NCBI RefSeq assembly: GCF_006345805.1
Contig: NC_043021.1
Location: 3,286,001-3,350,000 of the forward strand
Direction: 5' to 3'
Source: Octopus sinensis
Lineage: Eukaryota
DNA length: 64,000 bases
In this document: positions 51,698-64,000 of the stretch, piece after piece
How the letters are laid out: the number at the start of each line of letters is the position of its first letter
Position numbering within the stretch: position 1 is the first letter of the stretch
Notes under the pieces: model-generated
What the model saw: the letters and a program-made list of their open reading frames with translations, nothing else
Database searches by the model: none
Told to the model about the DNA's origin: nothing
Program-made: the position numbers and the translations under genes

Positions 51698-52098
51698 GCG
51701 CATGAGTGGCTGTGTGGTAAGTAGCTTGTTTACCAACCACATGGTTCCGGGTTCAGTCCCACTGCGTGGCATCTTGGCCAAGTGTCTTCTGCTATAGCCC
51801 CAGGCCGACCAATGCCTTGTGAGTGGATTTGGTAGACGGAAACTGAAAGAAGCCTGTCGTATATATGTATGTATATGTATGTGTGTGTTTGTGTGTCTGT
51901 GTTTGTCCCACTAGCATCGCTTGACAACCGATGCTGGTGTGTTTATGTCCCCGTCACTTAGCGGTTCGGCAAAAGAGACCGATAGAATAGGTACTGGGCT
52001 TACAAAAGAATAAGTCCCGGGGATCGAGTTGCTCGATTAAGGCGGTGCTCCAGCATGGCCGCAGTCAAATGACTGAAACAAGTAAAAGAGTAAAGAGT
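51698..52098 (+). mobile_element. SINE family A (reference copy)
   Basis: GGCGCATGAGTGGCTGTGTGGTAAG head, B-box, TA/TG tract, GAGTAAA tail. Confidence 0.95.
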
Positions 52099-52108
52099 AA
52101 TATATATA

Positions 52109-52147
<39 letters not shown>

Positions 52148-52775
52148 GTTTGTGTGTGGTGTGTGTGTGTGTGTGTCTGTCTCGAGTTGTAGCTGTAATT
52201 GAAAGGGACCAGCCTTATATTCTGTGTGAGGCTGAATCTCCCTAAAAACTACGTTGATGTTATGCATGTCTGTACTCAGCCATTTGTGAGTTGATTTTTA
52301 TCCTTGTTTGCTAATGGAAAGTGAAATCGACATCCAATATTTGCTGTGTGTATGTATCCGTGTATAAACTTTTCTTTCGATTTACGTATCTACTGTCTCT
52401 CTTTCTCTTTGATTTAACAATGTTTATATGTATCTAATGTATCTACTTCTCTCTGCGATGAACGCTGTCACCACTCACTGTCTCTTTCACTGTCTCTCTC
52501 TCTCTCTCTGTCTGTCTCTCTTTGTCTGTCTGTCTGTCTCTCTCTCACTTTCTTTCTGTCCTCTTCTCTCTCGTTTTGCCACTTCTTTGAAGTAAGTGAT
52601 GCACACAACAAGTACGTACAAAAACAAACAAACGTATTAATATTATTGATAAATATGATTCGGCAATAGTTGTATGATGGTGACTCATCAGGTAGAATGC
52701 TCTTAGGGATTTGAGAAGATCATTACTCCAATAATAGTAAAGACACGCACCCGTTCAATCTCACTTATATATATA

Positions 52776-52848
<73 letters not shown>

Positions 52849-52879
52849 TATATATATATAGCGGGGGAAAAAAATTGAT

Positions 52880-53589
52880 TTATAAACAATATTATGAAAT
52901 GTCGGAGTCAGCATTGTAACGATAAATATTTGTTATAATTGCATACTGTAGGATGTGAAAGATGAACAATGCATGAAGTTTTAAGAAAGTATTTATTTAC
53001 CGTTACGTTACAATATCTTGCTTCGACGAGCAGGTTATGATAAATGCAAAAGCATGCGAAGTAAAGGATGTGATTGTGTCCTCTTCATTGTTTAGTAGTA
53101 ATTACAGGGAGAGATAGAATGATGTTGTAAGAGAACAGAATTAGAGCTAGTGAGAGTTGCAGGGTGCTATCTCACAGTTGCTGACAATAAACTTCATTTC
53201 TCCCTCTGACCAAGGTTCTAGTTGGTCAGCCAGACTCCGTTGTCACCGGAGTGACTTCCTGGTTGAGTCGTCACCGACTGTGACTAACTGCCTTTTGCTT
53301 GGGACGTGCTTGCTTTTATAACTATCCAGAAGGATAGACATACCATTGAGAACAATAGATTTAGTTGGTGGTCTTGTTATCTCTATTCTAGCTTTTGGTG
53401 GAATAGAAGAGGTTAGAAAGGGTCAAGTGGTGAAGACATTATTTCGGCCTAGCTGAAGGCATCTGGAAAATGTAAAACTGCTGTCAGAGAAAAACCATTG
53501 CTCCACTGTGGGAAAAGTTCTGTTGCGGTGTTAATTTAAATTTGGCTATGGTGGATCGAATCCACTTCATGCTTGCAAGATCCACTACA
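52880..53589. mobile_element. Solo-LTR-like family copy with an extra ~150-bp internal segment
   Basis: High similarity to 25750-26320; ends ATCCACTACA; 53165-53310 is absent from the 25.7-kb copy. Confidence 0.7.
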
Positions 53590-53702
53590 TATATATATAT
53601 GTGTGTGTGTGTGTGCGCGCGCTTATGTGTGTGTGTCTAAAGATTGCCTTTATGATATTAATACTACTTCTGCCGCTATTAGTTATATATATATATATAT
53701 AT

Positions 53703-54105
53703 CTTTACTCTTTTACTTGTTTCAGTCATTTGACTGCGGCCATGCTGGAGCACCGCCTTTAGTCGAGCAAATCGACCCCGGGACTTATTCTTTGTAAGCC
53801 CAGTACTTATTCTATCGGTCTCTTTTGCCGAACCGCTAAGTGACGGGGACGTAAACACACCAGCATCGGTTGTCAAGCAATGCTAGGGGGACAAACACAG
53901 ACACACAAACACATACACACACATACATATATACACATATATACGACAGGCTTCTTTCAGTTCCGTCCGTCTCCAAATCCACTCACAAGGCATTGTCGGC
54001 CCGGGGCTATAGCAGAGACACTTGCCCAAGATGCCACGCAGTGGGACTGAACCCGGAACCATGTGGTTGGTTAGCAAGCTACTTACCACACAGCCACTCC
54101 TGCGC
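53703..54105 (-). mobile_element. SINE family A
   Basis: Full-length reverse complement. Confidence 0.93.
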
Positions 54106-54331
54106 CTATATATATGAAATGAGTTTCCGCTGACCAAATTTACCTCATCAGGCACAGCTCAATTAGATTTGATGGTAAATTATACTTACTTAAGCTTACC
54201 TGTTGTTTGAACGCCAGACCACTTGAACTTGTTTTTAGATCAGTCATGCGCAGAAATGTGTTGCAAACATTACTTTCGCAGAAAATGCAAAATACAAATA
54301 AATAAATAAATAAATAAAAAGGAGAAGAAAA

Positions 54332-54844
54332 TCTATATATATAAAACTGTAGTTGTGTGAGTGTCTGTCCCCTTCGATTTAGATTCCTAACTACTCCCAC
54401 ATTTTGCGGTGCAGTTTAACCAAATTCGGGTATCTTATAGTCGTGATTCATATCGAGCCCGTCTGGGTATTAGCGCGCGTCTACGATGAGTCTACGATTT
54501 AAAAAATAATTTAACATCATTTTTTATTCCATTTTAATGCATAATTTTTCGTGTGTCGATGGCGGCAGAGTTGGCGTCCATGGTCACACCTGCACCTGTT
54601 TGCTTCTCCCCCTTCTTCCCTCCCTCGTGAAGCTGTGGGGAAGGGAGTGTAAGGAAATCAACGTCGTAAAGCGTTGTCAAGGAGACCAGCGTTCTTTTAG
54701 AACAACGACTTCATGGCTTGAAGACACCAAAACAGAAATGGCTAAGAAAGCCCGAATTGGCATCTATAAGGGAAGTAACTCTCTAAAAATGCTTATATAG
54801 TTATTTCCCTTACAAACCCGAGCAACGCCGGGCGATACTGCTAG
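54332..54844 (+). mobile_element. Non-autonomous Helitron, same family as 41941
   Basis: A|TCTATATATATAAAA...CCCGAGCAACGCCGGGCGATACTGCTAG|T. Confidence 0.9.
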
Positions 54845-55019
54845 TAAAAAATAAAATGTAAACGAGAGAAAGAAAGAACAAATTTCGGAGCTGCACTCAT
54901 ATTCGTCTCGCAAGCTGCTAAGTCTGAATCCGCGTGCTTATAAAACCGAGGCAGTTATTTCATCGAGGTGAAAACAATTTTTGTAATCCAAAAGGACACA
55001 AAGATTGATAAATTCAGCA

Positions 55020-55437
55020 AGGAATGGCTGTGTGGTAAGTAGCTTGCTTACCAACCACAAGGTTCTGGGTTCAGTCCCACTGCGTGGCATCTTGGGCAAG
55101 TGTCTTCTGCTATAGCCCCGGCCCGACCAATGCCTTGTGAGTGGATTTGGTAGACGGAAACGGAAAGAAGCCTGTCGTATATATGTATATATATATATAT
55201 ATATAAGTGTGTGTATATATGTTTGTGTGTCTGTGTTTGTCCCCCTTGCATTGCTTGACAACCGATGCTGATGTGTTTACGTCCCTGTAACTTAGCGGTT
55301 CGGCAAAAGAGAACCGATAGAATAAGTACTGGGCTTACAAAAAGAATAAGTCCCGGGGTCGATTTGCTCGACTAAAGGCGGTGCTCCAGCATGGCCGCAG
55401 TCAAATGACTGAAGCAAGTAAAAGAGTAAAGAGTAAA
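55020..55437 (+). mobile_element. SINE family A
   Basis: Full-length. Confidence 0.93.
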
Positions 55438-55664
55438 TGAAAAGCGTAAAATAGAAAAAGATAGATTTTACGTATTTATCTGTAGACATTTAGTCCAGAA
55501 GAAACTAAATCTGGGTCATTTCTGTTATCACTTCACCGCTTTACAACGGAGATATTTTGTTTGTTCAGTTTGACAATGGGTCCCCAGGAAGACAGTAAAG
55601 GTTTTCTATCTCTTAATACTTATTGCTTAATCATAAAATATCCAAATAGAGTTTTCTAACCCTG

Positions 55665-56062
55665 GGATCTTTTCGGTTTGACCGGCAGTTTTTTAAAATA
55701 ATTTCTACGTAACTAAACACTTTTAAACTTCGTATACTGGTAGAATGCGTTTATAAAACATCTTTTTCTCTTGGCTTTATTGAGAAAACTCTATAGTTTG
55801 TAAGATACTTATTGTTGTTTTTTTCTGCAATTTCTACCAATCAATGACGTCTATTGAGGTGAAAACATTCTGTGCCGTATGAATATGTCCCTCGTTTAAG
55901 AAACAGATTGGGTTTATTTACATTTCTGAAGAAAAAAAGATACCCTTCCCCCCACCCCTAAAACAGATTGAAATGCAATAGATCGATACTAGGGTCATAA
56001 TTATGGGTGACAATTTCATATGACACCGCTAGAAAAGACTGCCGGTCAAACCGAAAAGATCC
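55665..56062. mobile_element. GGATC-TIR MITE, second copy
   Basis: TIR GGATCTTTTCGGTTTGACCGGCAGT / ACTGCCGGTCAAACCGAAAAGATCC; TSD CTAACC(C)TG. Confidence 0.92.
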
Positions 56063-56576
56063 CTAACCTGTGTTGAGGTGCAGAGGAGGGCTGTGAAATT
56101 ATAAAAACAGAGAAAGTGATGCTCACTTCTTTAACTATATAGTTATATTCTATCAAACTGCCTGAAAGACAAGCGTAGAGTATTGCCTGAGCCTAGTTCT
56201 CTCATGCATTTGAGAATGTTAGTTTAGTTGACGGTGACTGGTGAAGCTGTATGAGCTTGTGTGCTTGAGTGTGTATGTATCTATGTTTGTCATTGTTCAT
56301 GTAATTATAACGCGAAATTGATTAACTATATTCATATATATTGATTGCGGATCTTTTCAAATTTCCTAACACCGTCAGAATATTTTCAAATTTTCTACAC
56401 CGATATAGTTTTGCTTGCTGATGACGAAAATCGCATTAATTTTCTCTAGAAACTAATAACAAAAAAGTTGCAAGCCTTTAAACTTAAATGACTTTTGCCA
56501 ATCGGAAGCCTCTGTTGCCGACATAGTGGAAATCACGTGCCGATGCTAAGAAAATGAAAATATTACAAAATCAAAT

Positions 56577-56608
<32 letters not shown>

Positions 56609-56759
56609 TTTTCACAGAAGACCTACTGTTCAGTTAACATTGTACCTATCTTCACGTCGAAAACACTGTCTCGTCAATGTCGATTATTCTGCTGGGACCA
56701 TCTTAAATGGATTTCTTGTTCCATTTTTGTTTTGTTTATATATATATATATATATATAT

Positions 56760-57995
56760 ACGTATTTGTTCGTCTCCCCGTGGCCTTTAGGCACAACTTC
56801 ACAAGCCAGCCCCTACTCAAATCGTCCTGTCGAAAGACCCTTGTCCTACGTCCTGGTTTTGTTTTGTTGTTTATTTTTTATTTTTACCGTTATTGTTTTT
56901 TACGTTTTTGTATTCTTATTGGTGTCACGTATTCTGTATTTTTGTTTGTGTACTTCGATCGTTTTCCGTCCTTTCGTTGTATACATTCGAAGCTTTCTTC
57001 CAGGGGATCTAATGCGCTTGGCTTAGATTTCCCTTGGCGGGCTGGCCATATCGGAGCAATCTCAAGATTAATCAGCCGAAATTGCTAAGATGATCTGGTT
57101 CTTGACTGATGACTGGGGCTTCGAATGTCCGTCCTGTGGTTCTTGTGTCGTCTCTGTGGTGTTTCATGTTCTTGTCCATGTCTGTAATTAATTTTAACTG
57201 TTTACCTATATAATCGGCGGCTACGTATCCACAATTGTCCTTATACGATAAGTATATTTTTTTCTCAAGCTTTGATACGACTGTTAATCTGTCTCTTTTT
57301 CTCTCTCTCTCTCTCTCCTCCCTTATTCCACTTCCTTTCTTTCCCTCTCCATCCGTTCCCCCCCTTTCTACGTTCTCTATCTCTCTCACCTCCAGCCCCC
57401 TCGATCTGTCTCTTTCTTCTCCTCCCTCGTCCACCTTCCTCTCCCTTTTTTCATCTGTCCCTTTCTCCTGTCTTTTGTTCTCACGTGACAGCTAGCCGCT
57501 GTTGAGCGCTCTTTTCGTTTTAGCACACCTCAGAAGCAACACGTATTTGTCGTCTCCCCGTGGCCTTTAGGCACAACTTCACAAGTCAGCCCCTACTCAA
57601 ATCGTCCTGTCGAAAGACCCTTGTCCTACGTCCTGGTTTTGTTTTGTTGTTTATTTTTTATTTTTACCGTTATTGTTTTTTACGTTTTTGTATTCTTATT
57701 GGTGTCACGTATTCTGTATTTTTGTTTGTGTACTTCGATCGTTTTTCCCGTCCTTTCGTTGTATACATTCGAAGCTTTCTTCCAGGGGATCTAATGCGCT
57801 TGGCTTAGATTTCCCTTGGCGGGCTGGCCATATCGGAGCAATCTCAAGATTAATCAGCCGAAATTGCTAAGATGATCTGGTTCTTGACTGATGACTGAGG
57901 GCTTCGAATGTCCCGTCCTGTGGTTCTTGTGTCGTCTCTGTGGTGTTTCATGTTCTTGTCCATGTCTGTAATTAATTTTACTGTTTACCTATATA

Positions 57996-57997
<2 letters not shown>
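56760..57997. mobile_element. Direct-repeat element (~455-bp repeat, ~327-bp spacer, repeat) within a (TA)n tract
   Basis: 56760-57214 is almost identical to 57541-57997; TA microsatellite on both outer sides. Confidence 0.85.
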
Positions 57998-58026
<29 letters not shown>

Positions 58027-58296
58027 CATATATACATATATATACATATATACATATACATACATATATATATATATATACATATATACATACATATATA
58101 TATACATATATACATACATATATATATATACATATATATATATACATACATATATATATATACATACATATATATATATATATACATACATATATATATA
58201 CATATATATACACATATATATATACATATATATATACATATATATATATACATATATATATACATATATATATGTATGTATGTATGTATATATTGT

Positions 58297-58655
58297 TGTT
58301 GGCATCCTTTTGCCTCGGGAGACAATGGAGTTGCGCATAAACTAATCCAGTCTGGTTTTTACATTTCATGTCCTCTCCAGTTTTGCGCAGGCCCGGGCTA
58401 GATGTAAGAAAATCTTGGGTAGCCCAATTGTCAGGATTCTTCTCTCAACCTTGCTGACGTAGTCCAAAGGAGTGCAGAGCATTACGTTTGGCACCAGCTT
58501 GGTTGCAGGAGCTGCCGGAAGTGTGTCGAGTCGAACACTAAATCGCCTACGGGGCTCCACTCTGGATTTCTTTGAAGGTTGTCTCTCCTTTCCGTAACCC
58601 TGGATAGGGGCACATACCGGGTACTGTCAGCCGGAGCCAGCAGAGCCTGGGACTC
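58297..58655 (-). mobile_element. RTE/BovB-like internally deleted element
   Basis: Minus strand ends ...GGATGCCAACAAC (RTE-type CAA tail); TTGCTGACGTAGTCCAAAGG...TACGTTTGGCACCAGCTTGG resembles the BovB-like 5' region as I recall it. Confidence 0.55.
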
Positions 58656-59340
58656 GCGTGGAATCAAGTACCCTGACCTCCTAACATGCCGTAAATCCCT
58701 TAGTTTTGATCGGAAAAAAAAGGAGGGGAACCGGACCGCCATCCCCTATCTCAGAATCATTGGAAAATTTTATTTTCGTTGAATGAATTCCGGTGACCTC
58801 CTAATATGCTACAAAACCCTTTTTGGGGGTCCGGAAAACGGGTCGGGGTGAGGTGAAAGCCTCGGAAATTTCACCTCCACCCACCCCCATTGATCTTTTC
58901 ACCCGCACGATTTTCACTAAGAAAAACAAAAACTCGGATTTTTTGCGTGGAATCAAGTACCCCGACCTTCTAATATGCTGCAAATCTACCCCCCCCCCCC
59001 ACATTTTTCCGAACAAAAATAAGGGATTTATAGCATATTAAGAGGTCAGGGAATTTGATTCCACACAAATTTCCGAGGCTTCCACGTCACCCCACAACGT
59101 TTTCCGGGCCCAAAAAGGGTTTTGTAGCATATTAGGAAGTCAGCGGAATTCATTCATCGAAAAAAAAAAACAAAAAAAAAACACAATTTCAATGATTCCG
59201 GGACAGGGAGGTCCGCCCCCACTTTTTTCTTCCGAACAAAAATAAGGGATTTACAGGATACTAGGAGGTCAGGGTACTTGATTCCACGCAAAAAAATCCG
59301 AGTTTTTTTTTTCTTAGTGAAAATCGTGCGGGTGAAAGTA
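58656..59340. mobile_element. Foldback-like element with modular inverted repeats
   Basis: Module GCGTGGAATCAAGTACCCTGACCTCCTAA(C/T)ATGC forward at ~58657, ~58785 (variant) and ~58946; reverse at ~59030, ~59125 and ~59255. Confidence 0.8.
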
Positions 59341-59399
59341 TCAGAAAAGTATGCGAGGTAAAAAGTGATAATTTCGGCCAGTATATGCGTACACGTCCT

Positions 59400-59926
59400 T
59401 CTTGTGGCAGTAAACCATAGATAGCGATAGCATGATGTTGTAAGAGAAAAGAAACTGAGCTAGTGAAAGTTACAGAGTCGAGAGAAGTTGTGTCCCATAG
59501 TAAGCTGGTTGTAACCTTCTTTCTCCCTCTGGCCGTTTGGTATGTAGTGGCTATCTACTTGTGGCTGTCTACTCTAGTTGGTCTCTGTTCACTGACTGAT
59601 GGTCACTCTCACTAACTGGTTTTGCCGTACGAAATTCTAGTATTTATAACTATCCAAAACCAGCCAGAAGGATAGACATTCTTGAGAAAAATAGATTTCG
59701 TTGGTGGTACCCATCATCTCAATTCTAACTTTTGGTGGCCTAGAAGAGGGTAGAAGGGTCAAGTGGCAAAGACATTATTTTGCTTAACGAAGGTATCTGA
59801 AAAATGTAACTGCTGTCACTCACAGAAAAACTATTGTTTTACCGTAAGAAAAGTGCTGTTGAACTGTTAAGTGAAATTTGGCTATCCAGGATCGAATCCA
59901 CAGGAATCCTGCAGGAAGCCACTACA
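59400..59926. mobile_element. Diverged solo-LTR-like family copy
   Basis: Similar to 53110-53589; ends CCACTACA before (GATA)n. Confidence 0.6.
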
Positions 59927-59928
59927 GT

Positions 59929-60003
<75 letters not shown>

Positions 60004-60077
60004 ATAGATAGACAAACATAGACAGACAGTGATAAATAGACAGTCAGGCAGAGCTAGCTAGCTAGATAGACAGATAG

Positions 60078-60112
<35 letters not shown>

Positions 60113-60234
60113 CAGATACATAGAGATAGATAGATAGACAAACATAGACAGACAAACAGTGATAGACAGTCAGGCAGAGCTAGACAGACAGATAGATAGA
60201 TAGATAGATAGATAGAGAGAGGGAGAGACAGACA

Positions 60235-60289
<55 letters not shown>

Positions 60290-60290
60290 C
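59929..60290. repeat. (GATA)n/(GACA)n/(TA)n/(GA)n compound microsatellite
   Basis: Direct reading. Confidence 0.95.
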
Positions 60291-60889
60291 AGTTTAGGGT
60301 ATGTGTGACATACACACACATAAATAAAAAAGGCAGCTATACACACAATAAATAGAAAGAAATCTTCGGATGTCATTCATTCATGTTAGACAGAAAGAAA
60401 GGCTAATAGTTAAGTGGGCAGATAAAAAAAAAAAGCTAGTGGATCGTCTTTGGTGGACGGGTGGGGCAAGATCAGTAGCAAATGACCATTCGGCTGAAAG
60501 GCAGCTCGCAATGAATGATGATAATAATACCAACAACAAACCCACCTACGATGGGTTCGCGGCTATCGTAGTCTTTATTTATTTTTTAATTTATCTCTTT
60601 ATTTTCTACCGTCGTCCATGTCCTGACTACCAGAAAGAACGGTCCCGTCTCAGAAGTTTTACTCGTTTCCAAGACAAGACACTTTCTATCGGAGCTTGGC
60701 ACCACAATTATAACATGCTGCGATTGTATTCTCTTGCGGTGATTTTTTTTTTAATAAGGAAGTAAGCAAGGTATGTGAAAAACTCTTCTTTGTTGATAAA
60801 CGATTTAGATGTTATCATCTTTACTGCGGTTGTTTGTGTGAAAATACATCTTAATCTCTCGTGTTGTAATCTTCCATAAATAACCCTTT

Positions 60890-61282
60890 ATATATATATA
60901 TATATCACACAGACACACGCACACATATATATATTCACACAGACACACACACATATATATTCACACACACACATATATATTCACACACACACACATATTA
61001 TATATATATATATATATATTCACACAGACACACACACATATATATTCACACACACACATATATATTCACACACACACACATATATATATATATATTATAT
61101 ATATATATTCACACAGACACACACACATATATTCACACAGACACATATATATATATTCACACAGACACACACCACACACACACATATATATATATTCACA
61201 GACACACCACACACACACACACACCACATATATATATATATATATATATTCACACAGACCACACACACACACACATATATAT
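60890..61282. repeat. Minisatellite (TA)n-TTCACACAGAC-(AC)n
   Basis: Roughly a dozen units. Confidence 0.9.
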
Positions 61283-61384
61283 ATAATGTTCTGTGATGCT
61301 AAGATCAACAAAAAATACTCTATCTGGTGAGAGATAAATATTATTTAATAAACACAGTGGCTCGAAAAATGTATATTGTTTATT

Positions 61385-61389
<5 letters not shown>

Positions 61390-61421
<32 letters not shown>

Positions 61422-61680
61422 AAGTAAATAAATATATATATATATATATATCAAAGTAAATAAATAATATATATATATCAAAGTAAATAAATATATATAT
61501 ATATATATCGAAGTCAATAAATATATATATATATATCAAAGTCAATAAATATATATATATATAATCAAAGTCAATAAATATATATATATATATATCAAAG
61601 TCAATAAATATATATATATATATATATCAAAGTAAATAAATATATATAATATATATCAAAGTAAATAAATATATATATAA
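61390..61680. repeat. Minisatellite (TA)n-TCAAAGT(A/C)AATAAA
   Basis: Nine units of about 27-33 bp. Confidence 0.92.
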
Positions 61681-62414
61681 TGTGTGTGTGTGTGTATGTA
61701 GGTCTGGTATAACAAAAATTCAACGCGTGTATATATTGTTTAAAAAATTATATTCAATCGACAGAAAGTTATAAAAGTGATTTAAGTGCATAGCACTTAT
61801 CAAACTTTGTAAAAATGCCAGAGACCTTTTCTTTTGGGCTTTGGGCTTCTTTAGTAACTATCAGCAGATGAAAATAAATTTATAAATTACATGTAACATG
61901 TAATTTATAAATACTCAATCGTACATCTCTCGCTCACATACACGTGCGTTTGGATGTATTTACCTCCTGTCATTGTTTTCACTCGCTCCCTCCGTTCTAA
62001 ACACGTTTGCTCTGTACCTACAATCTTAGAATTTCGTCTCCCCGATTTTCTTTTTTTTATTAAAAAAAAAACAAACTAATTAATTTTTGTCTTAACAGTT
62101 GAGCCTACAAACCGCATAATCCTCATAAAAGGCTGCAGTTTCGCACTTCCTCCTTGAAAAACACATTTTTTGGAAAAAAAAACATTTTGGTAAAATTTTC
62201 TTAACCAAAATTTGTTCGGATTCCTACGTTTTAGATTATAAGAGATTACGAATATGTAAAAAAAATTTTTTTTTATTTCACCCTCACCCCAACAATTAAA
62301 ATTTTTGATTGTTTACTTTAAAGAAATTGGAGCGAAATGACGAACTTATACAAATCGAAATTAAATACAGACAAAACATCAAAGTGAAGAGAATGTGCGT
62401 TTTACTTCCTGTTT

Positions 62415-62766
62415 GCCAAGTAGCTTGCTTACCAACCACATGGTTCCAGGTTCATTCCCACTGCGTGGCACCTTGGGCAAGTGTCTTCTACTATAGCCAC
62501 GGGTCGACCAAGGCCTTATGAGTGGATTTGGTAGACAGAAACTGAAAGAAGCCCGTTGCGTATATGTATGTGTGTGTTTGTCCCCCTAGCATTGCATGAC
62601 AACCGATGCTGGTGTGTTTACGTCCCCGTAACTTAGCGGTTCGGCAAAAGGGACCGATAGAATAAGTACTAGGCTTCCAAAGAATAAGTCCCGGGGTCGA
62701 TTTGCTCGACTAAAGGCGGTGCTCCAGCATGGCCGCAGTCAAATGAGTGAAACAAGTAAAGGAGTA
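62415..62766 (+). mobile_element. SINE family A
   Basis: Head truncated by a few bases; tail intact. Confidence 0.9.
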
Positions 62767-62907
62767 ATTAAATGTAAATTGAATATACACCATTTTATGA
62801 GAAACAAACAATGTTTAATAATTAATGTTATAAAGTTTAATAAGGGACTCAAATTTCACTCCTCCCCAATTTTAAATCTCTTATCTATTTTTTCCTGTCC
62901 GTTTATT

Positions 62908-63100
62908 GTTGTTGTGACCCCCTTCGGTCATGAATGACCATGGGATTGCACCTAGAAAGTTACCCTCCGTGGCACAAGGAAGACCAGCAGTCGCCCATGC
63001 ATACCAACCTCCATTTTCCATGTCATTGATGTTATCCAAGGGAAAGGCAAAGGTCGATACTGCTTGGCACCAGTGACATCACAACTCATTATTAACGTGC
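62908..63100 (-). mobile_element. Short retroposon with RTE-type (CAA) tail
   Basis: Minus strand ends CCCATGGTCATTCATGACCGAAGGGGGTCACAACAACAA. Confidence 0.5.
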
Positions 63101-63112
63101 AAATGGCACACA

Positions 63113-63530
63113 GACACGTGTACCCTTAGCGTAGTTCTCGGGGAGAGTCAGCGTGACACAGAGTGTGACAAGGCTGGCCCTTTTGAAATACAGGTACAAC
63201 AGAAACAGGAAGTAAGAGTGAGAGAAAGTTGTGGTGTAACAAGAACTGGGATCGATTCATTCGGTTGCAGTCTTAATCCCCGGAACGAGTACAAGATAGC
63301 CAAGGCCTTTATTGTATACTTACTACGTTTATTGGGGGAGGGGGTGATCCCTGCTGTACTCTTTCACCACAACTTTTTCTCACTCTTACTTCCTGTTTCT
63401 GTTGTACCTGTATTTCAAAGGGCCGGCCTTGTCCTTCTCTGTGTCACGCTGAATAACCCCGAGAACTACGTTAAGGGTAGAAGTGTCTGTGGAGAGCTCA
63501 GCCACTTACACGTTAATTTCACGACTCAAT
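63113..63530. mobile_element. Two SINE family C fragments in inverted orientation
   Basis: 63113-63236 reads as in 3535-3660; 63345-63530 is its reverse complement. Confidence 0.88.
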
Positions 63531-64000
63531 TTAACTGTGTGTAGAAATTATTTCTAACAGGCTGGATGCTCTTGTTCTTATCTTTGTTGTTATCGAGGAG
63601 ACAACTGCACTAACTTCGAAATTATGAGAGTTCTCTCCCTTGCACCCTCCGAGAAAATTTTTTATTAACGTTATTGATTTGTTTTCTATTAATTGAAGAA
63701 ATTATAACAATTTCAATTAATTAATGTTCGCAGTATTACCTGGAAACGAAAACCAAAAAAAAAAATATAGTGTGATGGGTGTAAAAAGAAGTGTATGAAG
63801 CGAATATGAAAACAAAAATGTGTGCAAACCAACCGGGGTGGGAGGAGAGGGCTTTCGGAAAATTCACAAGATCCTAGTTTTTTTCCTTGTAGCTCTGAGG
63901 AAAATGGATATCTTTGAATGAAATTTTATATAGATACCTTTCAAACCCCGCATACCTTTCTATTCAAACAAAATACTGAGCCTGAAAAAGTGTATTGTTC

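Noticed and set aside
56610-56740. Acceptor after a CT tract with two open frames
   Set aside because: The polypyrimidine tract is a microsatellite, there is no donor, and it runs into (TA)n.
57100-57140. CTGATGA...GAAT as a hammerhead
   Set aside because: No convincing helix I or II, and A15.1 is absent; not called as a feature.
60370-60765. 131-aa ORF in non-repetitive-looking DNA
   Set aside because: No domain similarity I recognise; hydrophobic parts come from T-runs.

Overview
This is eukaryotic, AT-rich, almost entirely repeat-derived DNA. The SINE families and microsatellite load look like a coleoid cephalopod, probably Octopus; that assignment is from my recall, not a database search. 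I recognise no intact host protein-coding gene, and most ORFs in the track are microsatellite translations. The window holds about 30 tRNA-derived SINE copies in four families, a decayed RTE LINE whose RT carries an inserted C4HC3 PHD-like finger, and fragments of R4/Dong, CR1/L2-like, mariner and DD37D-like elements. It also holds two non-autonomous Helitrons, MITEs, solo-LTR-like units, Penelope-like fragments and multi-kb microsatellites. The most notable signals are two hammerhead-ribozyme motifs. One (50448-50550) has a compensatory U3-A8 core pair, a palindromic helix III and a long extended helix I. The other (40965-41089) has a canonical core with a 90-nt loop II. Also notable are a locally templated LINE-fragment insertion, a SINE/LINE shared 3' tail, a perfect 70-bp-arm palindrome and a modular foldback element.
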